From positions 116,684,001-116,748,000 of the forward strand of contig OX597820.1 of NCBI GenBank assembly GCA_951406725.2: a DNA stretch of 64,000 nucleotides. Direction: 5' to 3'. Under the pieces are notes generated by a model that was not told the origin of the DNA, searched no databases, and saw only the letters and a program-made list of their open reading frames with translations. The stretch is from Octopus vulgaris. Lineage: Eukaryota. Positions 25,391-38,308 of the stretch are shown here, piece after piece. Positions within the stretch are counted from its first letter, which is position 1. Every line of letters begins with the position of its first letter. Both the position numbers and the translations under genes were made by a program.

Positions 25391-26053
25391 GCTAACACCC
25401 CACACAGTTTCTACTACTGGATCATTTTCCTGATGCCAACCACTATACGGAGCGTGTTGGGTGCCTGTGACCCTATCACTAGTGAGGTCACCAAATACTT
25501 GCAAGCCAAGACCCCTCAACTGTGTTGGGTCTTCTCTTAGAGTACTGATGGAAGTAAAAATATGATAGATGGGTAGGGATAGGTGTCTTGCTGAAGAGGA
25601 GAATACGTGTGTAGTTCTGTAGCCATTGTGCATCATGAGAAAAATGTAAACATCAGCAGGAAAACCCAAACAAAAGGAAAAACAGAAAATTTGTGCAGTC
25701 AAACCAAAACACCCTGAGTGATATTTCCTCAACCAAGTTGGATAGATAATCCCTTGTTGCAGTCAGAAATGTAGTCAACAAGTCATTGGTCCACTACAAG
25801 CCTCTGCCCAATAATATTATTCTTCACCTAAAGTGATATAAAAAAAAATAGTGACAAAACTTAATGCCATTTCTCAATATCATCATCATCATCATCATCA
25901 CCATTTGATGTCCATTTTTCATGCGGACATGATTTGTACATTTTGACAAAAAGCTGCCAAGCCGGGGAGCTACATCAGGTTCCAGTCGTCTGTTTTGGCA
26001 TAGCTTCTGTGGCTGGATGCCCTTCCTAACGCCAACCACGTTTACAGTATGCT

Positions 26054-26215
26054 GGCACAGGTAGGTTTTATAATGTGGCACCAGCACAGGGCCTTTTATG
26101 CAGCACAGGCACAGGTAGGTTTTATAATGTGGCACCAGCACAGGGCCTTTTATGCAGGACAGGCACAGGTAGGTGTTTTAATGTGGCACCAGCACAGGGC
26201 CTTTTATGCAGCACA
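26054..26215. repeat. 54-bp x3 minisatellite inside a family C element (about 25878-26262, minus)
   Basis: GGCACAGGTAGG..TGTGGCACCAGCACAGGGCCTTTTATGCAG starts at 26054, 26108 and 26162. Confidence 0.9.
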
Positions 26216-26589
26216 GGTGCTTTTTACATGGCGCCAGCACAGATGCTTTTGACGTGGTATCAGCAGAGGAGAACATTAGAAGAGCTGGGAAGGTAATCAA
26301 CAAATACTGACAGTCTTCCAACTTTAACAACTCCTACAGTGATATGCAGTATTAATCTGTTTAAGAAATAAAGCTAAATATACATTTGGTATTGTTTTAC
26401 ATCAATAGGTGGGAATTGCTTTTTTAGAAATGGAACCTGTTTTTCATTCACTCGGCCAAACTGGAGCAGGGAGAGTTAGATACTTCACTAAAGACACAAT
26501 ATGACAATTCACTGAACTAATGTGGAAGCTTCTACATGGGTGTTCATCATTACCATCATCAACCCCTGGAAATTACTGTCTTGAGCTTC

Positions 26590-26820
26590 AGGGCTCAGAG
26601 GGTCTGTTACCCATTTTCCATGGTTTATAAGTGACCAAAATCACAACATTTCCCCTCAACTGGGTTCCAGTCCATTGCAGGGTTACTCATTCAGAGATGA
26701 GTGGACTGGAGCAACATGAAATGAAGTGTCTTGCTCAAGAACACAACACAACACCCAGACTGGCAAACGAAACCATGACCTTGTGGTCATGAGTACAACA
26801 GCCGAACCATCAGGCTATGC
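26590..26820 (-). mobile_element. Old tRNA-SINE (family F) with CORE-like and V-domain-like segments
   Basis: Minus GTGTTCTTGAGCAAGACACTT..CTCCAGTCCACTCA..CCCTGCAATGGACTGG; similar to 27533-27780; domain names from memory. Confidence 0.6.
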
Positions 26821-27532
26821 AGGTTGTGCACAGATGTTCAACCTGCAAGAAATACCAGCTAAATATCCCTCAAATTATGTTCTATCTTAAAAAAGAAACA
26901 AAGAAAAAAAACAAGGTATGTGGTACCTAAATACAAGTATTTAAAAATAATGTTGGATGGTCATGGCAGAAATGCATTTTATTGTAGATCTCTTGGAGAT
27001 AAACAAAAACGCAAGGACACTAGTGACATTTGAACAGTGGTTATTATCCAGCATCTTAACCTCACAGCCATTGCGTTGTCCAATGCCTTACGAAGCTATT
27101 AATTCAGCTATCTTAATTAAAAAAAAAGAAAAAAATCTTTGAAACTATGGGATTACCAAAAGGTGTGGGATATATTCCGTTTAACAAGGGAAAAAGATAA
27201 ACAATAAAAAGAGGAAATTGTTGAAATACCAAACTCAGGATTTTTTTTTAGAGGGATTAACATTAGCAAAGTTGAGAATAGTTACATATGAAAAAGTTGT
27301 AGAAATAACACAGGACACCAGCAAACAGACATCCACACTAAAACCAATTCACCTCTTCAGTAGCAGCAGGCTCTTTGAAAGATGCTGAACATGACAGCCT
27401 CTGGCTGAAAACCACCGATGAAGATAATAACTGAAGCAATTTAATCACAAGCCAACAATACCTTGTGGTATTTTCTTCAGGTTATTTATGTTCTGAGTTC
27501 AGATTCTACCATGGGGTACTTGGGTGGTGAAT

Positions 27533-27780
27533 GCATGTGGCCTAGTGGTTAGAGTATTACACTTACAAATTGCAAAATCACAGTTTCAATTCCCAGGTCA
27601 GGCAGTAAGTTGTGTCCCTGAGCACAGCACTTTGTTTCCTGTAGCTCCAGTCCGCTCGGCTGTAAATGGGTGACCTTGCAATGGATTGGAGTCTCGTTCA
27701 GGTAAGGAATGTTGTGATCTTGGTTACTTTAAACACCACGTAAATGAAGTGACCAGCCCAATGACTCCCAGGACCCAAGT
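27533..27780 (+). mobile_element. Old tRNA-SINE (family F)
   Basis: A-box TGGCCTAGTGG, B-box-like GTTTCAATTCC, GTGTCCCTGAGCA..CTCCAGTCC..CCTTGCAATGGATTGG. Confidence 0.65.
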
Positions 27781-28315
27781 CACTGCTTCATTACCTACCA
27801 AAATCTGTTGCCTGATTAAACACAACCACCTGATCCTTCATACACTTTAACAGATCCCACTATGTTGCAAGCATTCACACTAAGTCTCTGCTTTGAATAT
27901 TATAACTTCTAATTTCAATGGCCATTAAATACTGCAATTCCTCTTCACTAATCCCTCCCGGAGAGAAAGTTTGCAAATTTTAAGTTTGTTATGCCATGGA
28001 GAGATGTGGGTTTTAATATTTCAAGTAGAGTGTCTCTTTTTCTTCTCTCTTCAAACAAGGCCAAAACTAGAAATTTTAAAACTCCCATCTCCTTGTGGTA
28101 AATGAAGTGGACACAACTTTGAACTTTATTACCTGGTTTATTTTTTTTTCCTGGCACACACCACTTACTCTTAATGTTTTTTGGGGTTTTTTTAAATTGT
28201 CAAAAGGTGAAGGTTTCAGATACAAAATAATGCAACATTTATGGGTTTTTAAAAAGTTAAAAATTCATTAATGATATAACATGAAATGGCTAACAAACAG
28301 CAAGATTAAAAGCAA

Positions 28316-28716
28316 TCTTTTATCTTTATCTTTACTTGTTTCAGTCATTTGACTGCGGCCATGCTGGAGCACCGCCTTTAGTCGAGCAAATCGACCCCGG
28401 GACTTATTCTTTGTAAGCCCAGTACTTATTCTATCGGTCTCTTTTGCCGAACCGCTAAGTGACGGGGACGTAAACACACCAGCATCGGTTGTCAAGCAAT
28501 GCTAGGGGGACAAACACACAAACACACACACATACACATATATACATATATACGACAGGCTTCTTTCAGTTTCCGTCTACCAAATCAACTCACAAGGCAT
28601 TGGTCGGCCCGGGGCTATAGCAGAAGACACTTGCCCAAGATGCCACGCAGTGGGACTGAACCCGGAGCCATGTGGTTAGTTAGCAAGCTACTTACCACAC
28701 AGCCACTCCTGCACCT
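28316..28716 (-). mobile_element. Family A SINE, full length, young
   Basis: Complete reverse copy, CpGs largely intact. Confidence 0.92.
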
Positions 28717-29282
28717 GTAGATCTGTAGATCTGACATTGCAGGAGCTGATATTTTTGCTATACTTATATTTTCCCCTATTCTACCTGCTCAAATCTATCC
28801 AATTTTATTAGGTGTGTGTCTATCCACATTGCCTATTTAATAAATACTAGCTAGCAGAACATAAAAAAATAATTCTAAAAATACACATCGTTTGTTGCTA
28901 TAGTAGAAAACAAGAAAGTACTTCTCTGCTTTCACAGTAAGCATAGCCATTAGTCAGTATAAAGACTAATTAAAGTTACCAGAGCAACAATTAAATTGCA
29001 AAGTATGTTGTGACCTACAAAGCAGGTGCCTATAAACAAGTATATAGATAGAAGGTAGTAAAATATATAAATTAATTAAATAAACCAAAAGATAACAAAG
29101 GGTGTCTACTACTTTTGATTTCCTTCACAAATCCCCATAAAATATATTTTAACCAAAATTTTTATTACATTCACATATCTTGAACCTGGACCCACCCATC
29201 TCAAGCATCCCAACCACCAAATGATTTGGAATATTCATGTCCTTAGTGCAAAATAAATGTTTGTTTATCACCTCTGATAGGG

Positions 29283-29912
29283 CGACCTGCTGTGCTTGAG
29301 GAGGCCTATTGAGTTAAGTACATCAACATCAAAAGCTCAAATGGAAATTGTAGTTGTGATACCTGTGCTGGTGGCACATAAAAAGCACCATCCATACGTG
29401 GCCGATGCCAGCGCCGCCTTGACTGGCTTCCGTACCGGTGGCACGTAAAAAGCACCAACTGATCGTGGCCGTTGCCAACACCCCCTGGCACCTGTGCCGG
29501 TGGTTGGCGAGCTAGCAGAATCGTTAGCACGTCGGGCGAAATGCTTAGCGGTATTTCGTCTGCCGTTATGTTGTGAGTTCAAATTCCGCCGAGGTCGACT
29601 TTGCCTTTCATCCTTTCGGGGTCGATAAATTAAGTACCAGTTGAGCACTGGGGTCGATGTAATCGACTTGATACCTATGTCTGTCCATGTTTGTCCCCTC
29701 TGTGTTCAGCCCCTTGTGGGTAATAAAGAAATAGGTACGTATAAGGCACCCACTACACTCTCGAAGTGGTTGGCGTTAGGAAGGGCATCCAGCTGTAGAA
29801 ACACTGCCAGATCAGACTGGAGCCTGGTGCAGCCTCCTGGCTTCCCAGACCCTGGTCGAACCGTCCAACCCATGCGAGCATGGAAAACGGACGTTAAACG
29901 ATGATGATGATG
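29283..29912 (+). mobile_element. Family C element split by a family B SINE
   Basis: Flanks 29283-29505 and 29736-29912 together align with 63230-63623. Confidence 0.88.
29506..29735 (+). mobile_element. Family B SINE, near full length, tail B1
   Basis: GGCGAGCTAGCAGAATCG, B-box GAGTTCAAATTCC, core GCCTTTCATCCTTTCGGGGTCGATAAATTAAGTACCAG. Confidence 0.9.
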
Positions 29913-31285
29913 ACCTCTGAAAGAGAAACCTCTGTGTGGTCACTCCACCTTCTAAAAATAGCAACCAAATCAACATTGGATAATGTTGATCAAGATACAA
30001 AATGATACAGAGAGTCAAGAATAAAAAGTGCAATTAAAATAAGTCAGTCCACAAGAATACTGAGAAACGGTCACTTATTAGAATACAATAGTACATTGGA
30101 ATAGTAACTTGTTCTACCTTGTGTACCAAAGACAAAACGTTCACAATATCAGGTAAAAAATAAGACAGAGTGGTCAAGTCTGGAATGTCTATTATAAATA
30201 CGTATACCAAAACAAGAGATTGGGAAAAATTTTTGGTATTATTTTAGTATATAATTTTTTTCCAATCTCCATAGAAAGGATTTTTAATTAAGTAAGCATC
30301 ATGTACATAAGAGTTTACCTGGTAAATTTCAGTGTCATATCAAATTTACCTGTATCCTGGTAACAATTAATATTCTTCATGCATAAAACTTTAAGTATGA
30401 AAGAACTTAGTAAATATCTAAGAGGATGAAATCTGCAGGTAGGCTTGAACAGGTAGGTTTAAACTTACAAGTAAGTTCTACGCCTCTTATATCCCTAAAT
30501 TATATCTAAATTAGATCCACATAGATCTCTGAAACTCATAAACTTGTAATGCACCCAAGGCTGGTGGTTGAAACACACTCTGATCTAATTTCGGATCTAA
30601 TGTCCATGATTCAAAATTCAAACCTAGGCTCATTATAGGAACAACCTGACAAGCATTTTTATAACTGTATCAGGTTTCCAAACGTTCTTCTCACGTTCGT
30701 TGCACTCAAAACTATAGTCTTCTACCGATTATAATGCTTTAGTTTGTTTCAAACCACAACAATGGATGAACTCTGAATCGAGCTGCAGAGACTGTAAAAC
30801 CAGATGAACGAAACTGGGTGCAAATGCAATTGTAAGATATCCAAGCAGCAGAAACACGTCAGAACAGACCTACATGAAGTATGCTGTATAAGTGACAGCA
30901 ACAATTTAAAAAGTGCAGCTGCACAAATCTCCGTATTCATCCATCGGTTTGACCAGATGAAGTGTTCAGTTGTTTGAATAACTGAACAACCTCACTGAAT
31001 AAACATTTAAGTGACTGAGTATTCCACAGACATATGCTCTCTTAATAAGTAATCAGTATGACACAGTGCAACAAAGCTGAACCCTTAATTTACAGTTATA
31101 ATCCTTTAGACCAGTGCTAGTCAAAGTGGTGATCCGTGGACCGGTGCCTGTCTGTGAGCCATCAGCTGCTGGTACGTGGTGAGATTCCAGAAAAGAAAGA
31201 AACATTATCAAATGCTTATGTAATATTATATTATTTGTTTAAAAATATAAGATTAAAAAATTGTGAACTTTTATTATATTCATTA

Positions 31286-31916
31286 CTAGCAGCATCGCCC
31301 GGTGTTGCTCGGGTTTGTTTCGACCCTTTAGAATTGGAATTTTTGAAAAGTAAAAATTTTGGATTATGTAGCTTGTTATTCTCTTTCAGTGAACATTTTT
31401 CTGGTTGAAATACACCAAAAAAATGGTGACACAGCAGTCAAATAAATCGTAAAAAATAGGGATTTTCATTGAAAAAAAAGCACCTTTTTGATGTAAATAA
31501 TCTTTAGTCTTAACATGGTCCAATTTGAATTTTATCTTCTATGGAATGAAGAGAAAGCCTTCTTCTATCATACTCTCAATTTTGGTCAACTCGTGCCGCA
31601 GGGTCTCGGAGGAGATAGTGTTAGTTGAAGGCTACCAAACCTGCCGTATACAGACAATTTCAGGTTTATATATATATGCAATGGCCTAGTGGTTAGGGCA
31701 GCGGACTCGCGGTCGCAGGATCGCGGTTTCGATTCTCAGACCGGGCGTTGTGTGTGTTTATTGAGCGAAAAACACCTAAAAAAAAAAAGCTCTACGAGGC
31801 TCCGGCAGGGGGTGGTGATCCCTGCTGTACTCTTTCACCACAATGGCGGTGCTCCAGCATGGCCACAGCTCAAGAGCTGAAACTGGAAAAACAAAAACAA
31901 AAAACAAAAATATAGA
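31286..31916 (-). mobile_element. Non-autonomous Helitron
   Basis: Minus strand starts A|TCTATA and ends with hairpin CCCGAGCAACACCGGG then CTAG|T; no TSD. Confidence 0.8.
31678..31910 (+). mobile_element. tRNA-Arg-like SINE, short form (OR-family-like)
   Basis: Same head as 9439-9821, then GGCGGTGCTCCAGCATGGCC tail and (AAAAC)n; near identical to 48168-48398. Confidence 0.9.
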
Positions 31917-32330
31917 TATATATTGTTTCCTGTATAAACTAATATTACTAAGAAATATTACTGGTCCCTGGCACATTGGGAAAAAAAAAAAAAACTGCCA
32001 CATCAGATAGTTTGAGAAGCACTGCTCTAGACAAGCTTTCAAACTTGATGCCACATACCGAGATTATTGAAAATCAAATTTCTTAACCAGTCAACCATAA
32101 AATGTCTCTTGAAATTTTCAGAAGTTCAGCCTCCAGACCTATGATTCCAGACATGACCACCTTGCTTTTTTCCTAGACTAGTATATACAGGACTATGTTA
32201 TCAAATTCATTTATTGTTTAAAATAGTAGGGGGTCTTTTGAGAGCGATTTTGCTGCCAAGTGCAAGTGTGCGAACTGAGAGCTCTGGCTACAGTTTCTAG
32301 CAGGTCACACATGTGTTCTGTACTTGTGTA

Positions 32331-32368
<38 letters not shown>

Positions 32369-33498
32369 CTACATCACTTTGTACTTGAAATTTCGAAACA
32401 TTTACAAACACGGGAAACTTAATGATGCCAAAGTTGTTTTCTGTATTTATTTGTTAATCAGCCAAGTCTGGTTTGGTGAAGCTTGTCTTCTATTCACTTG
32501 TCTCTGCGGTGATCAATACCAAATCAGATAGAATGTGTCTATTCCTTTTATTAACTGATATCAAAGAAAGTAAAAAAAAAAAAAAAAAAAAATTGAAAGA
32601 TAAAAAATATGCGCGTTCACTCTTCATGAGAATAGGAAATGTTATGAGAAAGCAATTTGTTTAAGGATGTGAACAAGAATATAAACAAACACGTATGTAG
32701 AGAGAGAGAACTGTATATCATATATTACGTAGAGCTACAAGGTAAACTCACAGGTGTACATTTTTAGTATAAACGCACTTCAGCCTTGCTGTGAAAAGCA
32801 GATACTTAGGCTTTAATCATGTGATTCTTATTTCCTCTCAGAAAACAAAAAAAAGGTGACCAACATGCCTAATATCAATATTTTTTACCACTTCATCTGA
32901 AATTGCTAACTTCTTTTCCTAACCACAGACGGGATATTAGTTTATACCTATTTATAGCATACACAAACTTGGACAGGACTGATCTGGTGTGCTCTAACTT
33001 GCATAACAACAGACCAGCTTTTTTTAGACAGAGAGAGAAAAACAAAACGTGGTCTGACAATAATATCTACTTTTCACAAAGTTTTTAAGTCCATCTCGGT
33101 CAACAGTGCAAAGTTGCAGTTTATCTTGGTTTCTGAAGCATTTAAACAACTGGAAGTACAAGACTCTCAGAGAAGAAAATGCCTGCCTTTCACAGGATTA
33201 ACCTTCAGCTACCACAAGTATTTCTTTTTCAGGTGAGCAAGCTCAAACAATGCAAGATGAGTACCTTGCTCAAGGACACAACACATTGCTCAGTCTTACT
33301 ACTCAATGATCATGAGCCTAACATTGAACTATACACCATCACTCTACATTTCACAGTGAGGTTAAAAATGAGTGGACTAAAATCACACACTCATAAGTTC
33401 ACCTTACATCTCTTTTATAACATTGCTCTTCTATTAATTATGTATTATGAACTTTAGAAAGGAATCTGCTAAGGCAACATGTAATTTAAAAAAAAAAA

Positions 33499-33657
33499 AG
33501 AGTGGCTGTGTGGTAAGTAGCTTGCTAACCAACCACATGGTTCAGGGTTCAGTCCCACTGCGTGGCATCTTGGGCAAGTATCTTCTGCTATAGCCCCGGG
33601 CCGACCAATGCCTTGTGAGTGGATTTGGTAGACGGAAACTGAAAGAAGCCTGTCATA

Positions 33658-33710
<53 letters not shown>

Positions 33711-33939
33711 GTGTATGTTTGTGTGTCTGTGTTTGTCCCCCTAGCATTGCTTGACAACCGATGCTGGTGTGTTTACATCCCCGTCACTTAGCGATTCGGC
33801 AAAAAGAGACCGATAGAATAAGTACTGGGCTTACAAAGAAAAAGTCCCGGGGTCGATTTGCTCGACTAAAGGCGATGCTCCAGCATGGCCGCAGTCAAAT
33901 GACTGAAACAAGTAAAAGAGTAAAAGAGAGTAAAAGAGT
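33499..33939 (+). mobile_element. Family A SINE, near full length
   Basis: Complete body with repeated GTAAAAGAG tail. Confidence 0.92.
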
Positions 33940-34238
33940 CAGAGGAAAAAATTAGATTCAATGAAATGTTTGTTATGTCTAAAATGTTTGATTAGCATTA
34001 CAGAAGCGACCATCCCAGAAATTGTTTGGGACAATGATTTTAGGATGGACTTTTTCCAGGATATTTTCATGAAGTCAGCAGAGAGTAGTATGAGGAGAAA
34101 TTTAGCTACTTATTCTAGCAGATAGAGCACCTGAAGACCAAATTACGTCTAGTTGTTTGACTGACAGCATGCTCTGGCTAAGTCCACCTCATTTACCTCC
34201 CATGCAGCAGCTTCCATCACATTCTATGAACCTTTACA

Positions 34239-34463
34239 TACTCTCTTTTACTCTTTTACTTGTTTCAGTCATTTGACTGTGGCCATGCTGGAGCACCGCC
34301 TTCAGTCAAGCAAATCGACCCCGGGACTTATTCTTTGTAAGACCAGTACTTATTCTATTGGTCTCTTTTGCCGAACTGCTAAGTGACGGCGACGTAAACA
34401 CACTAGCATCGGTTGTCAAGCAATGCTAGGGGGACAAACACAGACACACAAACATACACACAA

Positions 34464-34500
<37 letters not shown>

Positions 34501-34668
34501 TACGACAGGCTTCTTTCAGTTTCCGTCTACCAAATCCACTCACAAGGCATTGGTCAGGCTGAGGCTATAGCAGAAGACACTTGCCCAAGATGCCACGCAG
34601 TGGGACTGAACCCGGAACCATGTGGTTGGTAAGCAAAATATTTACCACACAGTCACTCCTGCGCCTAT
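34239..34668 (-). mobile_element. Family A SINE, full length
   Basis: Complete reverse copy. Confidence 0.92.
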
Positions 34669-35199
34669 AGTTATGCAATCTGACAGAAACTGTTAACAAA
34701 TTACTCTAAATCTCTCCTCTCTTGAAACAGGACACATTGGGCAATATAATCTAAGCTACACTTAAATAAGGAGTGGTCAAAGCTAGCATGTTCATACAGA
34801 CTTAGCCCAGAGCTAAACAACAACAAGTGCATTGAAATAGACTGGACAATGGAGAGAAAACAGCAGATTCACACTGAAACAGTACACTGGACATATAACA
34901 GGTCAGTCCTTGTTACAATCCCTGAATACCCTTCAATTGGGTAGCAGATGTTTTACCTGGATCAATGGATAGGTGGATCATACCTGACTTATGGGTCTCC
35001 AATCCAACAACATCTAGAGAAATCTTCAAATATCCATGAAACTATACAGGAATGTATCCATGCCTTGCCAATCCATGGCCTACCATTCTGAAAGGAAAGG
35101 TGGCCTCTAAGCGGGTTGCTTGACTTGTTAGAAACAAAGCTTTCTAAGAAAATTACTATTTTTAAATCTCACAACAATAGATATTCAACAACAGTACTT

Positions 35200-35523
35200 T
35201 GGAGTAAAGATTGCCAACATAACATGGCAGTCCTGGTTTAGGACGAATGTTGCTGTAATTTAGCCCCAGGAGATATCGTCTCCAGCTGGCTATACGACAT
35301 GATCTGTGTCCTTATATTTTCAAACAAGGGAATCTAGCACCCTCAGCTCAAAACAATATCTGTGTATTGCGATTTCTGGGGTGCTAAATTCCCTTGTTCA
35401 AAAATATAAGGACACAGATCGTGTCGTATAGCCAGCTGAACGATATTTCCTGGGGCCAAATTACAGCAACATTCGTCCTAAACCAGGACTGCCATGTTAT
35501 GTTGGCAAACAATCTTTACTACA
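35200..35523. mobile_element. Foldback (palindromic) MITE
   Basis: Arms about 35200-35346 and 35376-35523 are near-perfect reverse complements with a spacer of about 30 bp; no clear TSD. Confidence 0.85.
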
Positions 35524-35752
35524 AATCTTTCTTAAGTCACACCTCACCTTTTTCAACAAGGTAAGATATAATAGCTAAGGTAATCCCAGATATACTTTAT
35601 CTGAAAAAATGCCAACACCTTTGATTAGAGGTCAACTCAATTAGGACTGACCTGGCACTAAATACTATTTCAATAGTGAGTCTCTTACCCTGTCCTAGGA
35701 ACAACATTTACAGTTTAAGAAGAGGCAGATCTACAGGAGATCTGATTTCCTA

Positions 35753-36291
35753 CATCATCATCATCATCATCGTCGTTTAGCGTCCGTTTTCCATGCTAGC
35801 ATGGGTTGGACGGTTCTACTGGGGTCTGTGAAGCCAGAAGGCTTCATCAGGCCCAGTCAAATCTGGCAATGTTTCTACGGCTGGATGCCCTTCCTAACGC
35901 CAACCACTCCGTGAGTGTAGTGGGTGCTTTTTACGTGCCACCCGCACAGGTGCCAGACAGAGCTGGCAAACGGCCACGAACGGATGGTGCTTTTTATGTG
36001 CCACCGGCACGAGGGCCAGGCGAGGCTGGCAACGGACACGAAACGGGGCGGTGCTGGCAACGGTCGCGAAACGGAAGGTTCTCTTACATGCCACCGGCAC
36101 TGGTAACACATCTGCAATTTCCATTGATCGATTTCCATTCTGATCCTCACTTGCCTCAACGGGTCTTCACAAGTAGAGTTTTGTGTCCCAAGAAGGGAAG
36201 GTATGCATACGTAGGCTGGCTCCATCCCATGTAGAAGGCCACGAGTTATGGACTCACTTGTCCTGCCGGGTCTTCTCGTGCACAGCACACT
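35753..36291 (-). mobile_element. Family C element, longest copy
   Basis: (CAT)n tail, conserved core, 3-4 internal units, extended 5' part; TACATCAT on both flanks. Confidence 0.88.
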
Positions 36292-38019
36292 TACATCATA
36301 CAATAATGATCTCTCAGTCATCAGAGCTTCAACAAGTGTAACCAGGCATTTTTCAGAAAGTTGCCTGCCCACAAGATCCTTTCTAACTCATTATTTTAGG
36401 TCAGGTATTCCTAGTCACACTAAATCAGCGAATTCTCTCTTCTCTCTCTGTGATTCAGGGTACACATATTTCCTAAACTCTTCTTTCTGGACATAAGTAT
36501 TCTCCAAGACAGATGATACTGCTCCTAAACTTCTACATGCAGACATCATTCAGAGGCAATCAAAATAGTCTACTTCTTGACCTGCAGGAAATAGCAGCCA
36601 AACTTTCCTCAAAAAACAGCCGACCGTCTTAAATTTTAAAAAAGTGTAACAGCTTCAACATCTTCCATTTGTATCTCAGGTGTTGTGCAGTCAATGCTAA
36701 CCAGGCTATTTTTCTTACATCAGTCTATCCCTGACAAATCAGATAATGCAATCCAAGATAATCCTAAGTGACAGGATGGTCATGGCTGGAAAGCCTTTCA
36801 TCATAAGTTGTCTACTTGACCAAGGTTGTCCTGAAGCAAGCTAAACCCCAAAGTTAGTTTTTCTTGAATTCACTCATCGTTTTCTTTTATGCAGAATGCC
36901 AAGATAAATAAATGGAATAAACAAACTCTGTAATTGAATTTAAATCAACAAAGTGGGGTGTTGCTGCTAAATCTAAAGGAATGGTAGAGGAATTTTATAA
37001 GAATGGTATGTAAAAACTATTTACAGGTGGGTGTCGACACGAAATACAAGAAACATTTTTGTTTCCATTTCAAATTACGCAGTTAATTATTTTGTCAAAC
37101 TAATTAGTATAAAATATCAAATGAATAAATGCATACACACACACACACAATTAGATACTCATCATTTAACATCCATGTTCCATGCTCACAAGGGATAGAT
37201 GCTTTGACAAGCTAAAAGACAACGATGACCTGATACAACTGTCTAGCTTGCCAGCTCTGGTCAAACTCTCCAACCAATGCCAGTATGGAAAATAGATTGA
37301 TGATGATGTTAGTTGATGGCAGAAGTTTTTCAAGTGTGAAAGTTCACAAACAGTATATCTTTAATGAAGAGTTTTTAAAATGCGACAAAAATCAGAATGA
37401 CGACATATCAAAGACAACCAGCAGGTTCCCTATAAAATGTAACATTTTATTAGCTTATGCATTCCTGTTCCATTTGACACTGTTTAAATGACTTGTCCTA
37501 AATCCCACAAAGAGAAAACTAGATTACATTCACTAGGAAACAGACTGCAGAGTTGGAAGGAATGGAATGTTGTAGTTGATATGTTTCCCAACATCAGCAT
37601 TGATGGTTTAAGCCCTCCCCCCCCACCACCACCATCACCAAATTTATGCTGAATATTCACTGCGTTTCTTTTAACTAATTTCGAAAATTTTTTTTATCCT
37701 TTGTTTTCAGTCATGAGACTGTGGCCCTGCTGGAGCACTGCCTTGAAGGGCTTTTAGGTAAATAACTAACCCCAGTTATCTACTCCTCATTTTGAGCCAA
37801 GACAGTTGCTCCCATAAACACCAAAATAAAATTTTGGATTTATGGAGGGTCAAAGTTGGGAACAAAAACAGGAGGGTCATTAGACCTGAACAAGATATAC
37901 AAGGATAAGCATATTAAAAGGGGTCCTTGGGAAAACTTATTTAAATAAAAGGGGCCCTTGGTAGTGAAAAGGTTGAGAATCACTGCTCTAAGCAATCGCT
38001 CAATCTGCTACATGTTACA

Positions 38020-38255
38020 GGTGTCACATGAGTTTTTCTTCTCTGTAGGAGATGTCTAAATAAACACTACGGAATCTCTCATCCCCAGCTGTTGGATGGC
38101 CATCGACTCGACTCAGTTCATCTCCACCCCTTTCACAGATTATGCTTTTCATCCTGGAGGCTGTCTAACGAAAACCATCTTCCTTATCTAACCTGCTCAT
38201 TCACCGGTTCGTCCTGAGTTGCATGGTACCAGAAGCATTAAGCCTATTACAGGGT
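38020..38255 (-). mobile_element. Family D RTE-related retroposon, old fragment
   Basis: TCTCTCATCCCCAGC..GGATGGCC..GACTC..TTTTCATCCTG matches 61612-62073. Confidence 0.6.
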
Positions 38256-38308
38256 AGCATGCATACACACATATACACACACGTGCATAGCTATATATAT
38301 ATATATAT

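Larger units (their letters stand above)
31112..32024. mobile_element. hAT (Charlie-type) MITE hosting a Helitron and a SINE
   Basis: TIRs CAGTGCTAGTCAAAG and TTTGAGAAGCACTG; 8-bp TSD CTTTAGAC (31104-31111) and CTCTAGAC (32025-32032). Confidence 0.85.

Noticed and set aside
30214-30270. Short hairpin GAGATTGGGAAAAATT / AATTTTTTTCCAATCTC
   Set aside because: Short and AT-rich, with no function assignable
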